From: Nitrosopumilus sp.
GTDB taxonomy: Archaea > Thermoproteota > Nitrososphaeria > Nitrososphaerales > Nitrosopumilaceae
Direction: 5' to 3'
Assembly (NCBI GenBank): GCA_963667665.2
Contig: OY763927.2
Location: 1,152,001-1,216,000 of the forward strand
Length of the DNA stretch: 64,000 nucleotides
Under the pieces are notes generated by a model that was not told the origin of the DNA, did no database searches, and saw only the letters and a program-made list of their open reading frames with translations. Of this stretch, positions 31,653-41,736 are shown piece after piece. The position numbers were made by a program, and so were the translations under genes. Numbering within the stretch: the first letter of the stretch is position 1; each line of letters starts with the position of its first letter.

Positions 31653-31768
31653 ATGCTACTAAATGATTATCAAAATTTCTAAAATGGATCATCTACTTTG
31701 TAATACCATTTGGTGAGATCAATTTGTCAAAAGCAAATTAGCGATCATATTATTTCATGTCGTAAACT

Positions 31769-31984
31769 TTATTTTTTCTCTTTTTTCAAGATATCAATAA
31801 TTTCAGTATTAGTCTTTATCCATGTTTTAAGATATGCAAAAAACAGATTCTCCAAATCATCAATTAATCCTTCAAGTCTAGGATCTAAGCGTATATCTGC
31901 AAGTTGTTCATCGAGATTTTCTAGAATCACAGCTAATCCTTGGTTAGAAATTTCTAACTTTTTAATTGCGTCTTCAACGGTCAC
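31769..31984 (-). CDS. Small helical hypothetical protein
   Basis: 71-aa amphipathic ORF filling an intergenic gap. Confidence 0.7.
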   Translation of the reverse strand: MTVEDAIKKLEISNQGLAVILENLDEQLADIRLDPRLEGLIDDLENLFFAYLKTWIKTNTEIIDILKKEKK

Positions 31985-32098
31985 AAAAATTATAATATAT
32001 CATAGATATTTATTGTTCTTAATATTATAATATTATAAACAATTTTTAAAGATACAAGTTATTTTCAAACACACTTTCGGATAGTATATTTATTAGGT

Positions 32099-33133
32099 AT
32101 GAATGAATCGCAAAATATCTTGAAGATAGCAGTGATGGGAATGGGAGTAGCAGGATCTTATCTCATGGCCAGACTAAAAGATTCTGAACATGAAGTTGTA
32201 GGATATGAAAGAATGGTAGAAGAAAGACATGACTCTATTTGTGCTTGGGGTACAATAAAGTCAGAGTTAGACAAGTTCTGCGAAAAGACTGGCAGAGATT
32301 TTGATGACTTTATGATTCATGATGGTAAAACCATGAAAGTCAAGATGGGTAATGGTGTAAAATTTGATATTGGATTACATGGATTATGTACGTATAACAA
32401 ATTAGCATTAATCAAAGATTTTATCAAAGATTCTAAGGTACTTTATGGAACAGCACCAAAGCTTGAAGAGTTAGAAAAAGAATATGACATGATAGTTGAT
32501 TGTACAGGATTTCATAGAATTTATCTGCCAAAGCTAAAAGAAGATTTTTTCTTGCCAACATATGAATACAAAGTTGAATATGAAAACGGTGTACCATTTG
32601 ATGACTTTTACCTAGAACCATTTCCTGGAATGTCAGGATATTTTTGGTACTTTCCATTAGGTGAAAAATGGGCACACATTGGAGCAGGGGACTACAAAAA
32701 GAATCACATCAAAGTAACTGATGATTTCTTGAAAAAATATGGAGGTAAAGTACTCAAAACTAAAGGACGTCCAATCAGGCTAGCCACACCTGATAGATGT
32801 AAACCATTCTATTCAGGAAAAGTAGTTGGTGTTGGTGAATCAATTGGAACAGTTTTTGCAATGTTAGGTGAAGGAATTATTCCATCTATGCAGTGTGTTG
32901 ATATTTTTCTTGAAAACATGCATGACTTTGCAGCATATGAAAAGGCAGTTGATAAACACTTCAAGGTATATGCCAAGGTTTTTAATTTCGTTAGAAAAAA
33001 AATCCACAAGGACTTTAATTTCTTCAAGGCATTACCTGACTTTATTGCAATATTTCTATACATGAAAAAGCATGAGAAAAGATTTGGAATGGACATTAAG
33101 ATTAGTAATTTAATGAAAGTAGCCAAAGCCTAA
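32099..33133 (+). CDS. NAD(P)/FAD-dependent oxidoreductase, geranylgeranyl reductase-like
   Basis: GMGVAG Rossmann motif, CAWG, GYFWYFP and GES.G....GEGI (GGR-family pattern). Confidence 0.8.
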   Translation: MNESQNILKIAVMGMGVAGSYLMARLKDSEHEVVGYERMVEERHDSICAWGTIKSELDKFCEKTGRDFDDFMIHDGKTMKVKMGNGVKFDIGLHGLCTYNKLALIKDFIKDSKVLYGTAPKLEELEKEYDMIVDCTGFHRIYLPKLKEDFFLPTYEYKVEYENGVPFDDFYLEPFPGMSGYFWYFPLGEKWAHIGAGDYKKNHIKVTDDFLKKYGGKVLKTKGRPIRLATPDRCKPFYSGKVVGVGESIGTVFAMLGEGIIPSMQCVDIFLENMHDFAAYEKAVDKHFKVYAKVFNFVRKKIHKDFNFFKALPDFIAIFLYMKKHEKRFGMDIKISNLMKVAKA

Positions 33134-33834
33134 CTAAAACTAACTGAACCAAATCCTTCTCGATTGGTTCTATTTGATGCCATATTGTAATCGTAAATAA
33201 TTTTTGAGTATTCTTTGAATTCGTCTTTCATAGGATCTAAAGTATCTGCCAAGTAAAATCCTGGACAATCACCGGTAAACTGAAAAGTTGCATGCACACG
33301 GGGTGTTCCTTTCTCATTTTCTAGCCAAGTACTAAATGGATAAAGATAACATACTCCAGGTCTATCAGGATGCATACCACAACCTCCCTCTTCATTTAAA
33401 AATCTACATGAGATATGTGTTCCATCATCAGCTTCTGTCTCTTCTTTCTTTCTTTTTAGATTAATTGTAGTCATTGTTGTCATCTCTCCTGATGGCCCTG
33501 GTTCTGAATATGTTACAGTTATAGTTTCATTTTTTATAAAATCCGAAGTCTTTTGATATTTCAAACCCTTTCCAATAGTTATTAGGTCATCAGAAGTTAA
33601 CGGAAGTCTTCCTTGTCTATCACAACAATTATGACAGTCAGGCCAATAACATTTCCATAAGATGTATTTTTTTTGAGAATTAAGAAATGGTACATGAAAA
33701 ATTACATCTTTTACTTTTAGTGGATAATCAGTCACATCAGTAACTTTACCTAAAGTAAATTCTCTTAATATTGGGTCAATGTCCCAATTTTTTTCTAGCA
33801 AATTTAATGATTCTTCAATTTCTTTTTGAGACAA
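33130..33834 (-). CDS. YkgJ-family cysteine-cluster (CxxCxxCC) protein
   Basis: CYWPDCHNCC ... CRFL ... CGMHPDRPGVCYLYPF ... CPG. Confidence 0.85.
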   Translation of the reverse strand: MSQKEIEESLNLLEKNWDIDPILREFTLGKVTDVTDYPLKVKDVIFHVPFLNSQKKYILWKCYWPDCHNCCDRQGRLPLTSDDLITIGKGLKYQKTSDFIKNETITVTYSEPGPSGEMTTMTTINLKRKKEETEADDGTHISCRFLNEEGGCGMHPDRPGVCYLYPFSTWLENEKGTPRVHATFQFTGDCPGFYLADTLDPMKDEFKEYSKIIYDYNMASNRTNREGFGSVSFS

Positions 33835-33931
33835 TCAAGTTATAACATATTTTTTAGATTTTATTAATGTAGTTAGAATAAAGTAATTTCAGTAAATGAT
33901 TATATTCTAAAACACCAGAATTTGTTTTGGT

Positions 33932-34019
33932 AGCCCGATAGTCTAGCGGTCAAGGATTCTGCCCTCTGGATCTCATGAGTGGATAGGCGGAGACGGGAGT
34001 TCGAATCTTCCTCGGGCTA
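33932..34019 (+). tRNA. tRNA-Gln (anticodon CUG) with a 15-nt intron at 37/38 (33970-33984)
   Basis: Acceptor stem AGCCCGA/TCGGGCT with A1-U72 typical of archaeal tRNA-Gln; anticodon arm CTGCC-CTCTGG[intron]A-GGCGG; GTTCGAAT T-loop; no encoded CCA. Confidence 0.93.
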
Positions 34020-34048
34020 CTGTAAAAATTTCTAAAAACAGTAAAGTT

Positions 34049-34648
34049 CTATCTTGATGCTTGTGCGATTCTTTCTAGCTCATGTTTCTTCTTGACTGAA
34101 GGAGCGTTAGAATCGTTTGCTGCTGCAAGTATTAGTTGTTCTGCCATGTGTTCTTCAATTGATTTTGGATTGGAAAATGTTGCCTCTTTGATTGCATCGG
34201 CGATAAATTTCAAAGCCATATCAACTCTTCGGATTGGAGCAACATCAACTGATACATGGTATGTAGTACCACCATAAACAATTCTAGTAGTGTCTTCGTT
34301 TGGAGCAGAAAACTCTACGGCTCTAACTAAAACTTCAACGGGGTTTTGTCCAGTCTTTAGTGCAATAATATCAAATGCAGATTTTACAGTGTTGAGAAGT
34401 TTAGTTTTCTTGCCAGTCATTCTACCAGTGTTTTTTGCATATTTCTTTCCAAAGTGCATTGACTTGTTGATTAATCTCTCAACAATGTTAACATCAGCTT
34501 TGTTGAATCGCTTTAATGCTGAACGACCATATGTGTATGGTAAAATTTGTTTTCTTAGACAGATTGCAGTTTTTAATCCAGGATCTTTGATTTCAATGTC
34601 TGATAAATCCCATTTTCTAAATAATAACAAGTTCTTTGTTTCTGCCAT
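34049..34648 (-). CDS. rps7: 30S ribosomal protein uS7
   Basis: IVERLIN, SVDVAPIRR and ERIAQASR motifs. Confidence 0.97.
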   Translation of the reverse strand: MAETKNLLLFRKWDLSDIEIKDPGLKTAICLRKQILPYTYGRSALKRFNKADVNIVERLINKSMHFGKKYAKNTGRMTGKKTKLLNTVKSAFDIIALKTGQNPVEVLVRAVEFSAPNEDTTRIVYGGTTYHVSVDVAPIRRVDMALKFIADAIKEATFSNPKSIEEHMAEQLILAAANDSNAPSVKKKHELERIAQASR

Positions 34649-34650
34649 GT

Positions 34651-35091
34651 CTATCTCCTTGGTTTCTCTTTCTTGCCAATTACTAATTCATGAAGTGATG
34701 TATCATTTACTTTGAAAACTTTGAATCTAACTCCAGGAATATCTCCCATTGCACCACCTTGTGTTGCACCCATACCTTGAATATGTACTTCATCATGCTC
34801 ATCAATGAAATTCATTGCACCGTCTCGTGGCAAAAATGCTGTAACGGTCTTTCCATTTTTAATTAATTGAACTCGAACACATTTTCTTATAGCAGAGTTG
34901 GGTTGTTTTGCTGCAATACCAACTTTTTCTAAAACAATACCTCGTCCTTGAGGAGCGCCTCCAAGAGGATCAGATTTTTTATCAATACCAAGTTTTCTTC
35001 TTTTGTAAGTAGAGATTGCCCATCTCTGTTTCTTTTTCTTAGAGTTCAAAACTCTACCAGCAAATAATCCGAGGGGTGATTTTCTTGTCAT
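34651..35091 (-). CDS. rps12: 30S ribosomal protein uS12
   Basis: [16 protein letters not shown] and [10 protein letters not shown] motifs. Confidence 0.98.
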   Translation of the reverse strand: MTRKSPLGLFAGRVLNSKKKKQRWAISTYKRRKLGIDKKSDPLGGAPQGRGIVLEKVGIAAKQPNSAIRKCVRVQLIKNGKTVTAFLPRDGAMNFIDEHDEVHIQGMGATQGGAMGDIPGVRFKVFKVNDTSLHELVIGKKEKPRR

Positions 35092-35093
35092 TC

Positions 35094-35558
35094 TTACATC
35101 TCCAATGTTGATCTTTTTGGACTGTTAATTAGTACGTTTGTTATATTGAAATATCGTTTTGCAAGTAGACGTGCTTTTTCGGCATTTCTGCCTTCTCGTC
35201 CTACAACAATTCCTTTCTTTCTTGGGTCTACCAATACAATTGCCTGTTTTGAACCATCTGGTCTGGTATTTATTTTCACTTCAGAAACTAGTTTTGAGTT
35301 AAGTAAATTAGTCAAAAATTTTGCTGGATCTTCATCAAATTCTACCAGTTCAACATTTCTCTTGACAATATTTTGTAATGATTTGATATGCATGCCACCT
35401 TTACCAATTGCTAGACCCATTTTACCGGAATTAACTACAAAAATTACTCTATCTTGTTTTTCATCTTCTATACAATCACGTGCAGTTGCACCTGTTACAT
35501 TTTGGAAAAGAGACATCATACGCATTTGATCAGTAGAAAGTTTGATTGCTTGTGTCAT
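35094..35558 (-). CDS. nusA: Archaeal NusA (two KH domains)
   Basis: GLAIGKGG and [10 protein letters not shown] loops. Confidence 0.94.
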   Translation of the reverse strand: MTQAIKLSTDQMRMMSLFQNVTGATARDCIEDEKQDRVIFVVNSGKMGLAIGKGGMHIKSLQNIVKRNVELVEFDEDPAKFLTNLLNSKLVSEVKINTRPDGSKQAIVLVDPRKKGIVVGREGRNAEKARLLAKRYFNITNVLINSPKRSTLEM

Positions 35559-35621
35559 TAGAATTCCTTTTTATCTCCAACAAAAAATGTCTCATTTAAA
35601 CTTTCATGTAATAAAATACAA

Positions 35622-35945
35622 CTATTCATTTTTTTCCTCAGCTTCTGTATCTTTTAGAATTGTTTTGATGTTTGCATCAGTTATTGATGTGAATGAAATT
35701 GTTGAAATTCTAAATTGTAAGCCACATAGTCTACCCAATGCGACTGATGTTCCCTGAAAGTTCACTAATGGTATTTTTTCTTTTTTTGCATCTAATTCAA
35801 TTTTCTCAAATATTTCTTTTTTTACTGATTGAGACAATACAAGTAGCTTGGAATTTTTTATAGAGTTCAAAACTTGTTTAGTGCCCATCGTTAACTTATC
35901 TTCTTTAAGAGCATCCTTCAATGATTTTTCAAGTATCTTACTCAT
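35622..35945 (-). CDS. rpl30e: 50S ribosomal protein eL30
   Basis: L7Ae/L30e fold (GTKQV, LGRLCG); conserved position before nusA. Confidence 0.88.
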   Translation of the reverse strand: MSKILEKSLKDALKEDKLTMGTKQVLNSIKNSKLLVLSQSVKKEIFEKIELDAKKEKIPLVNFQGTSVALGRLCGLQFRISTISFTSITDANIKTILKDTEAEEKNE

Positions 35946-36020
35946 GTGTTTCCTTATGATGATCGTCTTAACAGGGCTTTATAGGTTTATTGAAAAATTT
36001 TATAGTTAAAAACAGAAAAC

Positions 36021-37583
36021 TTAGTTTAGAAAACCAAATAGAGAACCTAAAGAAGAAAATACAAGACTCATCTCTTCAAAAAAGTTAGTTGGTTTTTGTT
36101 TTTTTGAATCAAATAAAATAGTTTTTTCAGATAAAGAAGATTTGTGATTAATAATATTTTTAGTTTCAAATTTATCTATAGTGTTAACTACATTATGAAT
36201 TTGTGAAGTTTCTGATAAGACAATTTCAAGATTTTTTCTAGCAGTAATATAATGAGAGTTTTTTGTTAGAATCTCATTATACAAGGAAATGGCATCATCA
36301 GTATTTCCAAGATTTGCAAGAGCATTAGCCTTGTTATTTTTAGCAGGTAGGAAATTAGGATCAATATTGATTGCTTGATCATAGTACAATATTGCCTCTG
36401 AAAAATATCCCAATTTTCCTAAAGTGGAACCTTTGTTTACAAGAATTTCCACATCATTAGGATTGTCAATTAATGATTCATTAAAAAAATTCAAAGAACT
36501 ATCAAATTTACATAATCGATACAAGGCAGGACCCATACCATCATAATATGAAATTGTATCAGTGAATGTACTTGAATCACATTTCAAATTAATTTGATTC
36601 AGTAATTTACCTAATTCCATATCCTCTACAGTAAGATTAGTTTGTTTTTTGATTTCAGTTTTTACTATGATTTTTTTTGAATTATTTTTTTTATCAATTG
36701 GTTTTGCTTCTTCAATTTTAGGATTTGTTATTTTTTTAATATTTTTTTCTTCAGTAATTATTTTTTCATCTAATGAAATATTTGTACTATCAGAAATGAT
36801 TTCATCAAATGATTCTTCAATTTTTTCTTCAACGTGTTTATTTTCTTTAATTTTTTCTTCAATAGTATTTTGGATAGTCTCATCAATTATTGATGAGGGA
36901 ATTTTGTAATAATCAAAAAAAGACATGGCTTCTGTTTCTGCATAATATGCTTTTATTGAATATGTACCATCTACTCTAAAATTTACACTGTCTTTTACAA
37001 GAAAGCTTGTAGAAAATTCTAAATTAGAATCAATGGAGCCAAAGTAAAATCCTTCTGGTGTTCCAAATGGATCATAAACTCCTATCAACACTGTAGGTGA
37101 ATCTAATTTAGAAACTAAACCAGTGATTTTGATAAAATCTTTGTCAATGTATTGTTTTTTGTCAGTATAAAGTAAAATGATTTCAGGTTTTTCAAAGTGC
37201 TCAACTAAAATTTCAGGTTCAGAAAATTCATTTTTCATAACAAAATAATGATTTTCAGAAATTTGTCCATAATCTAATTTTACCATGTATTTCCCAATTT
37301 TTTCATAAAAGGGAGAGTCAAGTGAGATTGTTTTAAAAAAGGTATTCTGAGAGGATATTTCTAAATTATTTGCAGACAAAATTTTTCCATTGGGATTATA
37401 GATGCTTAATGCAATTATTGGCATTTTAAAATCAAGAATTTCACCTGAAATGGTGAGAGAATCACCTGTCTTGTATTGTTCTTGATTAAAATCAACAACA
37501 AATGAATCAGCAAGAACTTCTGTAAAAATCAAAGGAGACAATGCAGTTAACACTAGCATTATTCCTAGCAAATATCCTAACAC
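36021..37583 (-). CDS. Secreted protein with Ig-like repeats and C-terminal TPRs
   Basis: Signal peptide; two 'Y..GD.I.I.G' Ig-like modules; TPR motifs NKGSTLGKLG and NKANALANLG. Confidence 0.82.
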   Translation of the reverse strand: MLGYLLGIMLVLTALSPLIFTEVLADSFVVDFNQEQYKTGDSLTISGEILDFKMPIIALSIYNPNGKILSANNLEISSQNTFFKTISLDSPFYEKIGKYMVKLDYGQISENHYFVMKNEFSEPEILVEHFEKPEIILLYTDKKQYIDKDFIKITGLVSKLDSPTVLIGVYDPFGTPEGFYFGSIDSNLEFSTSFLVKDSVNFRVDGTYSIKAYYAETEAMSFFDYYKIPSSIIDETIQNTIEEKIKENKHVEEKIEESFDEIISDSTNISLDEKIITEEKNIKKITNPKIEEAKPIDKKNNSKKIIVKTEIKKQTNLTVEDMELGKLLNQINLKCDSSTFTDTISYYDGMGPALYRLCKFDSSLNFFNESLIDNPNDVEILVNKGSTLGKLGYFSEAILYYDQAINIDPNFLPAKNNKANALANLGNTDDAISLYNEILTKNSHYITARKNLEIVLSETSQIHNVVNTIDKFETKNIINHKSSLSEKTILFDSKKQKPTNFFEEMSLVFSSLGSLFGFLN

Positions 37584-37683
37584 ACGAGTAAAAATGTAAT
37601 TTTCTATTTAATAATCACGTAGAAAACATACTTTTTGATTCAACGATATCAAAAATTGAATTTAATGTTTGATGGATAAATTT

Positions 37684-37914
37684 CTAAGAATCTTCTTTAG
37701 GAATAGAAACTGCCAAAATATTATCACCACGTATCAAAACTGTTCCAAGTTTTTCAGGATTTTCATCAGAAATGTATTCTGCATCATCCAAAGTCAAATT
37801 CATGTGAATGTCAAATTGTTTTAGTCTACCTTGAATAGTTGGGGTATTTTTCATTCTAAGTAAAACAACTTTATCTTTACTGTTATTCATTAATGTTGAA
37901 ATTTCAAAAGCCAT
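37684..37914 (-). CDS. Sm-like (Lsm/SmAP) RNA-binding protein
   Basis: Sm1 GRLKQFDIHMNLTL and Sm2 LIRGDNI. Confidence 0.93.
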   Translation of the reverse strand: MAFEISTLMNNSKDKVVLLRMKNTPTIQGRLKQFDIHMNLTLDDAEYISDENPEKLGTVLIRGDNILAVSIPKEDS

Positions 37915-37944
37915 AATTGTTCAGTGTAGTTTATTTTTTATTCC

Positions 37945-40900
37945 TCATTTTTTCTTGCTTACTTGCATGTATAAATCAACAGTACCACTTCCAATTGGAA
38001 TGTTACTTCCAACAATTACATTTTCAGTAATACCTTTGAGTTGTTCAATTTCTCCACCAAGTGCAGCTTTTGCAATTGTTGGTACTGTAATTTCAAATGC
38101 AGCTCTTGCAAGAACACTATCTTTTGTACCAGCAATTCCATGTCTACCTATTTGTTGCATGTAACCTCTTGAGCACATTAAGTCTGATACTAGCATGATA
38201 TACCTATTATCAACTTCTAGTCCTTGGTCTTCTAGAGTATGATTTAGTTCATTAATCAATGAATTTCTTGCAGCTTCAATACCTAAAGTTCCTGCAACTT
38301 CAAAGACATTATTTGTTCTAACATTTTGTTTGTCAATACCTTTGACTTCAAGTACTTTGGCAATGTTAGATCCAGTTGTTTGGATAACCCATTCATCATC
38401 TTTTTGAACTAATGTAACTCGTTCAATGTCTGGAACTCCTTTAACTGTAGTTTTAAGAACTTTATTTCTAATTGCAATTGCAGTTGGAGCATCACATTCG
38501 TCAACTAGTTTTAGAGTGATTAATTCACCAATTATTTCCATCTTGAATTTTTTATTTGATGAAAGTGCATTTTCTATCTCGGTAATTGTGCATCCTCTTT
38601 CTTTAAGTCTATTCTCACTTACAATTAGTTTGATTTCAGTTGAATAATCAGTTTCAGTATCAGCAAGTAATGCACTTACTTGAGTTTGTAATACATTTCT
38701 TGCAACATCTATTGCTTTTTCTCGTGATTTCTTTGATTCATTATCAAGATAGATATCCATAGTTGGAGTTACAGGTTTCTTTCTTGCATCAACTAATTCA
38801 ATTAGTCGTGGAAGACCCAATGTAACGTTTCTTTCTTTAATTCCTGCAAAGTGGAAAGTTCTCAAAGTCATTTGAGTACCAGGTTCACCAATTGATTGAG
38901 CAGTAATAATTCCCACAGCTTGTCCTGGTTCTACTTGTGCACTATTGTAAAGTGAAAGTCCTTTCTTACATACAATTTCTGCACCATCTTTACTCAAACC
39001 AGATTTCTGTAAGGTATCAATTACAAGTGAAGTTAATCTTGGATTAAACGTCTTTGTATATTTTTTAGTAAGAGTATCAATCTCATCTTTTGTAGCTTTC
39101 TTGCCAGAATCAATAAGGCTTTGAGATTCAGTTAGTCTTTCAATGTTAAATGCCTCACCATGATCACTTTTTTGCACATCTATTCCGTCTTCGCCATAAA
39201 GGAATTGAACAATGTGACCATGTGGATCTCGTACTGTTCCATCATATTCTAATCTAATGTGTTCTAATGCGTTAATCAGTCTACGTTGCATGTAACCACT
39301 TTGTTGTGTTCTAACTGCAGTATCTACTAGTCCTTCACGACCACCCATTGCATGGAAAAAGAATTCTAATGTAGAGAGACCTTCTCTGTAATTGGATTTC
39401 ACAAATCCGTGTGCGTCAGGATTTGGATCATTTTCTACATAATGTGTCAATGCACGATTAGTGTAACCTGTATTCATTCTATCTCCTCTTCTGGATTGTT
39501 GACCCAAGGCACCTGCCATCTGACCTACGTTTAGAGATGAACCTCTGGCACCAGTTGTAGCCATAATTTTTCCAGCATTCATATCATCAAGTGAACTATT
39601 TGCAGTAGATCCTGCTTTGTCTCTTGCTTTACCTAATTCATTTACAATGTATGCTTCTAATGCCTCTTCAGGCCTCATACCTCTTGTGAGTTTTAGAGTT
39701 CCTTTTTCATATTGACGAGTCAAGTCAGCCACTACATCATAAGTTGATTTAATATCATCAATAATCTGTTGTCTCTCTTTTTCTGGAACTTCAAGATCAC
39801 CAAAACCATAACTAAAACCATAATGTGTAATGAATTGTTTAACCATAATTAGAATAGAGTTAAGGAAATTTTTTCCAACTTCATTTCCATAGTCTTTTAC
39901 AATTCTATGTAAGACACTTTCTGGCTCTTCTGCACCTATGGATGTTTTATCAATTACACCACTAATTAGTTCACCATTTTTAATTACAACATCTTTGTCT
40001 TTTCCACCTGTTCCTTTTGACCATTTTGATGTGAGAACATAGTTGAAGTCTTTTGGAAGAAATAATGAGAATAGTTGTTTTCCAGTATATGCTGGTCCAT
40101 CTTTTGTTTTAGTGGCAGGTTTAGGAAGTTGACCAGTATAGTTACCAAGCATTGCAAGGTTTGAAAATTCTTGGACAGATAGTGTTGTATCATCTTTAGT
40201 TAGAAGATACGCACCAGTAACAAAGTCTCTTAGTGCTCCAATAATTGGACCGCCATATCTTGGAGAGATTAATTGATCTTGAACTCTCATCAAAAGAATT
40301 GCTTCTGCTCTTGCTTCTTCACTTTGAGGAACGTGAAGATTCATCTCATCACCATCAAAGTCTGCGTTGTATGGTGGACATACAGAAGGATGTAATCTGA
40401 AAGTCTTACCTGGAAGCACCCTAACATAGTGAGCCATAATAGACATTTGATGAAGTGATGGTTGTCTGTTAAACATCACAATATCACCATTTGAAAGATG
40501 TCTTTCAATTAGATATCCATTCTCAAGTGTTTCAGCAATTATAGAGCGGTCTTCGACAAAATCTAATCTAATCTTTACACCATCAGGTCTAACGATATAA
40601 TTTACACCTGGGAATATATCAGGTCCGTTAATTACAAGTTTTCTCATTCTATCAATGTTCCATTCTGTAACAATTTCAGGAATTGTTAGTTTCATTGCAA
40701 CTTGAGTAGGAACTCCAACTTCAGATAAATCCAAACTAGGATCTGGAGAAATTACAGTTCTACTTGAAAAGTCAACTCTCTTTCCAGATAATGAACCTCG
40801 GAATCTTCCTTCTTTTCCCTTGAGTCTTTGAGTCAATGTTTTGAGAGGACGACCAGAACGATGATGTGCTTGTGGAATTCCAGAAACTTCGTTATCAAAA

Positions 40901-41736
40901 TATGTTGTAGTGTGATATTGTAACAAGTCAACTAAATCTTGAACAATTAGTGGTGGAGTTCCTGCATCTTTACTTTCTTTTAGTCTTTGATTAACTCTAA
41001 TGATATCAACCATTTTGTGTGTCAAATCATCTTCTGATCTTATTCCTGTTTCAAGAATAATTGATGGTCTAACAGTTACAGGTGGGACAGGAAATGCTTG
41101 AAGAATAAACCATTCGGGTCTTGCAGTAACAGGATCATAGTTTAATAGTTTCAAATCTTCATCAAGTATTTGTGAAAATCTTTCTCTAATTGTTATTGGA
41201 AGTAATCTATGTTCACCAATTTCTGTTTTCTCTACAAAAATAGTTGGCTTTGTAAAGATTAACTCATATTGTGTTTTTCCACAATGAGGACATTCTTTTG
41301 CTTTTTTTGCTTTCTCTATGATTTGTTCTGGAATACGTTTTTGAGAAATTACAGTATAAGCAGCTTTTTTGTTTTTAATTTTTAGAAATACATCTAAATC
41401 TTCTTGAGGAACTTTGAGTCTTGCACAAGAACGACATGTTGATTGTAATAGTTTGTAGATATTATCAATAAATGCAATATGTAAGATGGGTTCAGCAAGT
41501 TCAAGATGTCCAAAGTGCCCAGGACATCGCGCTGCTGTATTTCCACATGTAAGACATTTTTGTCCAGGCTCAAGAGTACCAAGTCTGCCATCCATAAGAC
41601 CTCCTTGTACTGCCATTCCATCTTCATCATATGTTTCAGGAGCAGTAATTTCAGCAACAGAGTATTTTCTAATTTCAGTTGGAGACCATACTGAAAAACG
41701 AATTGCATCAATTTTTTTTATTGCTTGAATAGACAT
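37945..41736 (-). CDS. rpoA: RNA polymerase largest subunit Rpo1, fused A'+A''
   Basis: NADFDGD active site, Zn sites and the A'' region (GEPGTQMTLRTFH) in a single ORF. Confidence 0.98.
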   Translation of the reverse strand: MSIQAIKKIDAIRFSVWSPTEIRKYSVAEITAPETYDEDGMAVQGGLMDGRLGTLEPGQKCLTCGNTAARCPGHFGHLELAEPILHIAFIDNIYKLLQSTCRSCARLKVPQEDLDVFLKIKNKKAAYTVISQKRIPEQIIEKAKKAKECPHCGKTQYELIFTKPTIFVEKTEIGEHRLLPITIRERFSQILDEDLKLLNYDPVTARPEWFILQAFPVPPVTVRPSIILETGIRSEDDLTHKMVDIIRVNQRLKESKDAGTPPLIVQDLVDLLQYHTTTYFDNEVSGIPQAHHRSGRPLKTLTQRLKGKEGRFRGSLSGKRVDFSSRTVISPDPSLDLSEVGVPTQVAMKLTIPEIVTEWNIDRMRKLVINGPDIFPGVNYIVRPDGVKIRLDFVEDRSIIAETLENGYLIERHLSNGDIVMFNRQPSLHQMSIMAHYVRVLPGKTFRLHPSVCPPYNADFDGDEMNLHVPQSEEARAEAILLMRVQDQLISPRYGGPIIGALRDFVTGAYLLTKDDTTLSVQEFSNLAMLGNYTGQLPKPATKTKDGPAYTGKQLFSLFLPKDFNYVLTSKWSKGTGGKDKDVVIKNGELISGVIDKTSIGAEEPESVLHRIVKDYGNEVGKNFLNSILIMVKQFITHYGFSYGFGDLEVPEKERQQIIDDIKSTYDVVADLTRQYEKGTLKLTRGMRPEEALEAYIVNELGKARDKAGSTANSSLDDMNAGKIMATTGARGSSLNVGQMAGALGQQSRRGDRMNTGYTNRALTHYVENDPNPDAHGFVKSNYREGLSTLEFFFHAMGGREGLVDTAVRTQQSGYMQRRLINALEHIRLEYDGTVRDPHGHIVQFLYGEDGIDVQKSDHGEAFNIERLTESQSLIDSGKKATKDEIDTLTKKYTKTFNPRLTSLVIDTLQKSGLSKDGAEIVCKKGLSLYNSAQVEPGQAVGIITAQSIGEPGTQMTLRTFHFAGIKERNVTLGLPRLIELVDARKKPVTPTMDIYLDNESKKSREKAIDVARNVLQTQVSALLADTETDYSTEIKLIVSENRLKERGCTITEIENALSSNKKFKMEIIGELITLKLVDECDAPTAIAIRNKVLKTTVKGVPDIERVTLVQKDDEWVIQTTGSNIAKVLEVKGIDKQNVRTNNVFEVAGTLGIEAARNSLINELNHTLEDQGLEVDNRYIMLVSDLMCSRGYMQQIGRHGIAGTKDSVLARAAFEITVPTIAKAALGGEIEQLKGITENVIVGSNIPIGSGTVDLYMQVSKKK

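Noticed and set aside
32020-32035. 16-bp palindrome TAATATTATAATATTA in a divergent promoter region
   Set aside because: Pure A/T low-complexity sequence; cannot be distinguished from background.
37945-41736. Fused RpoA'/A'' as a novelty
   Set aside because: Established trait of Thaumarchaeota; useful only for taxonomy.
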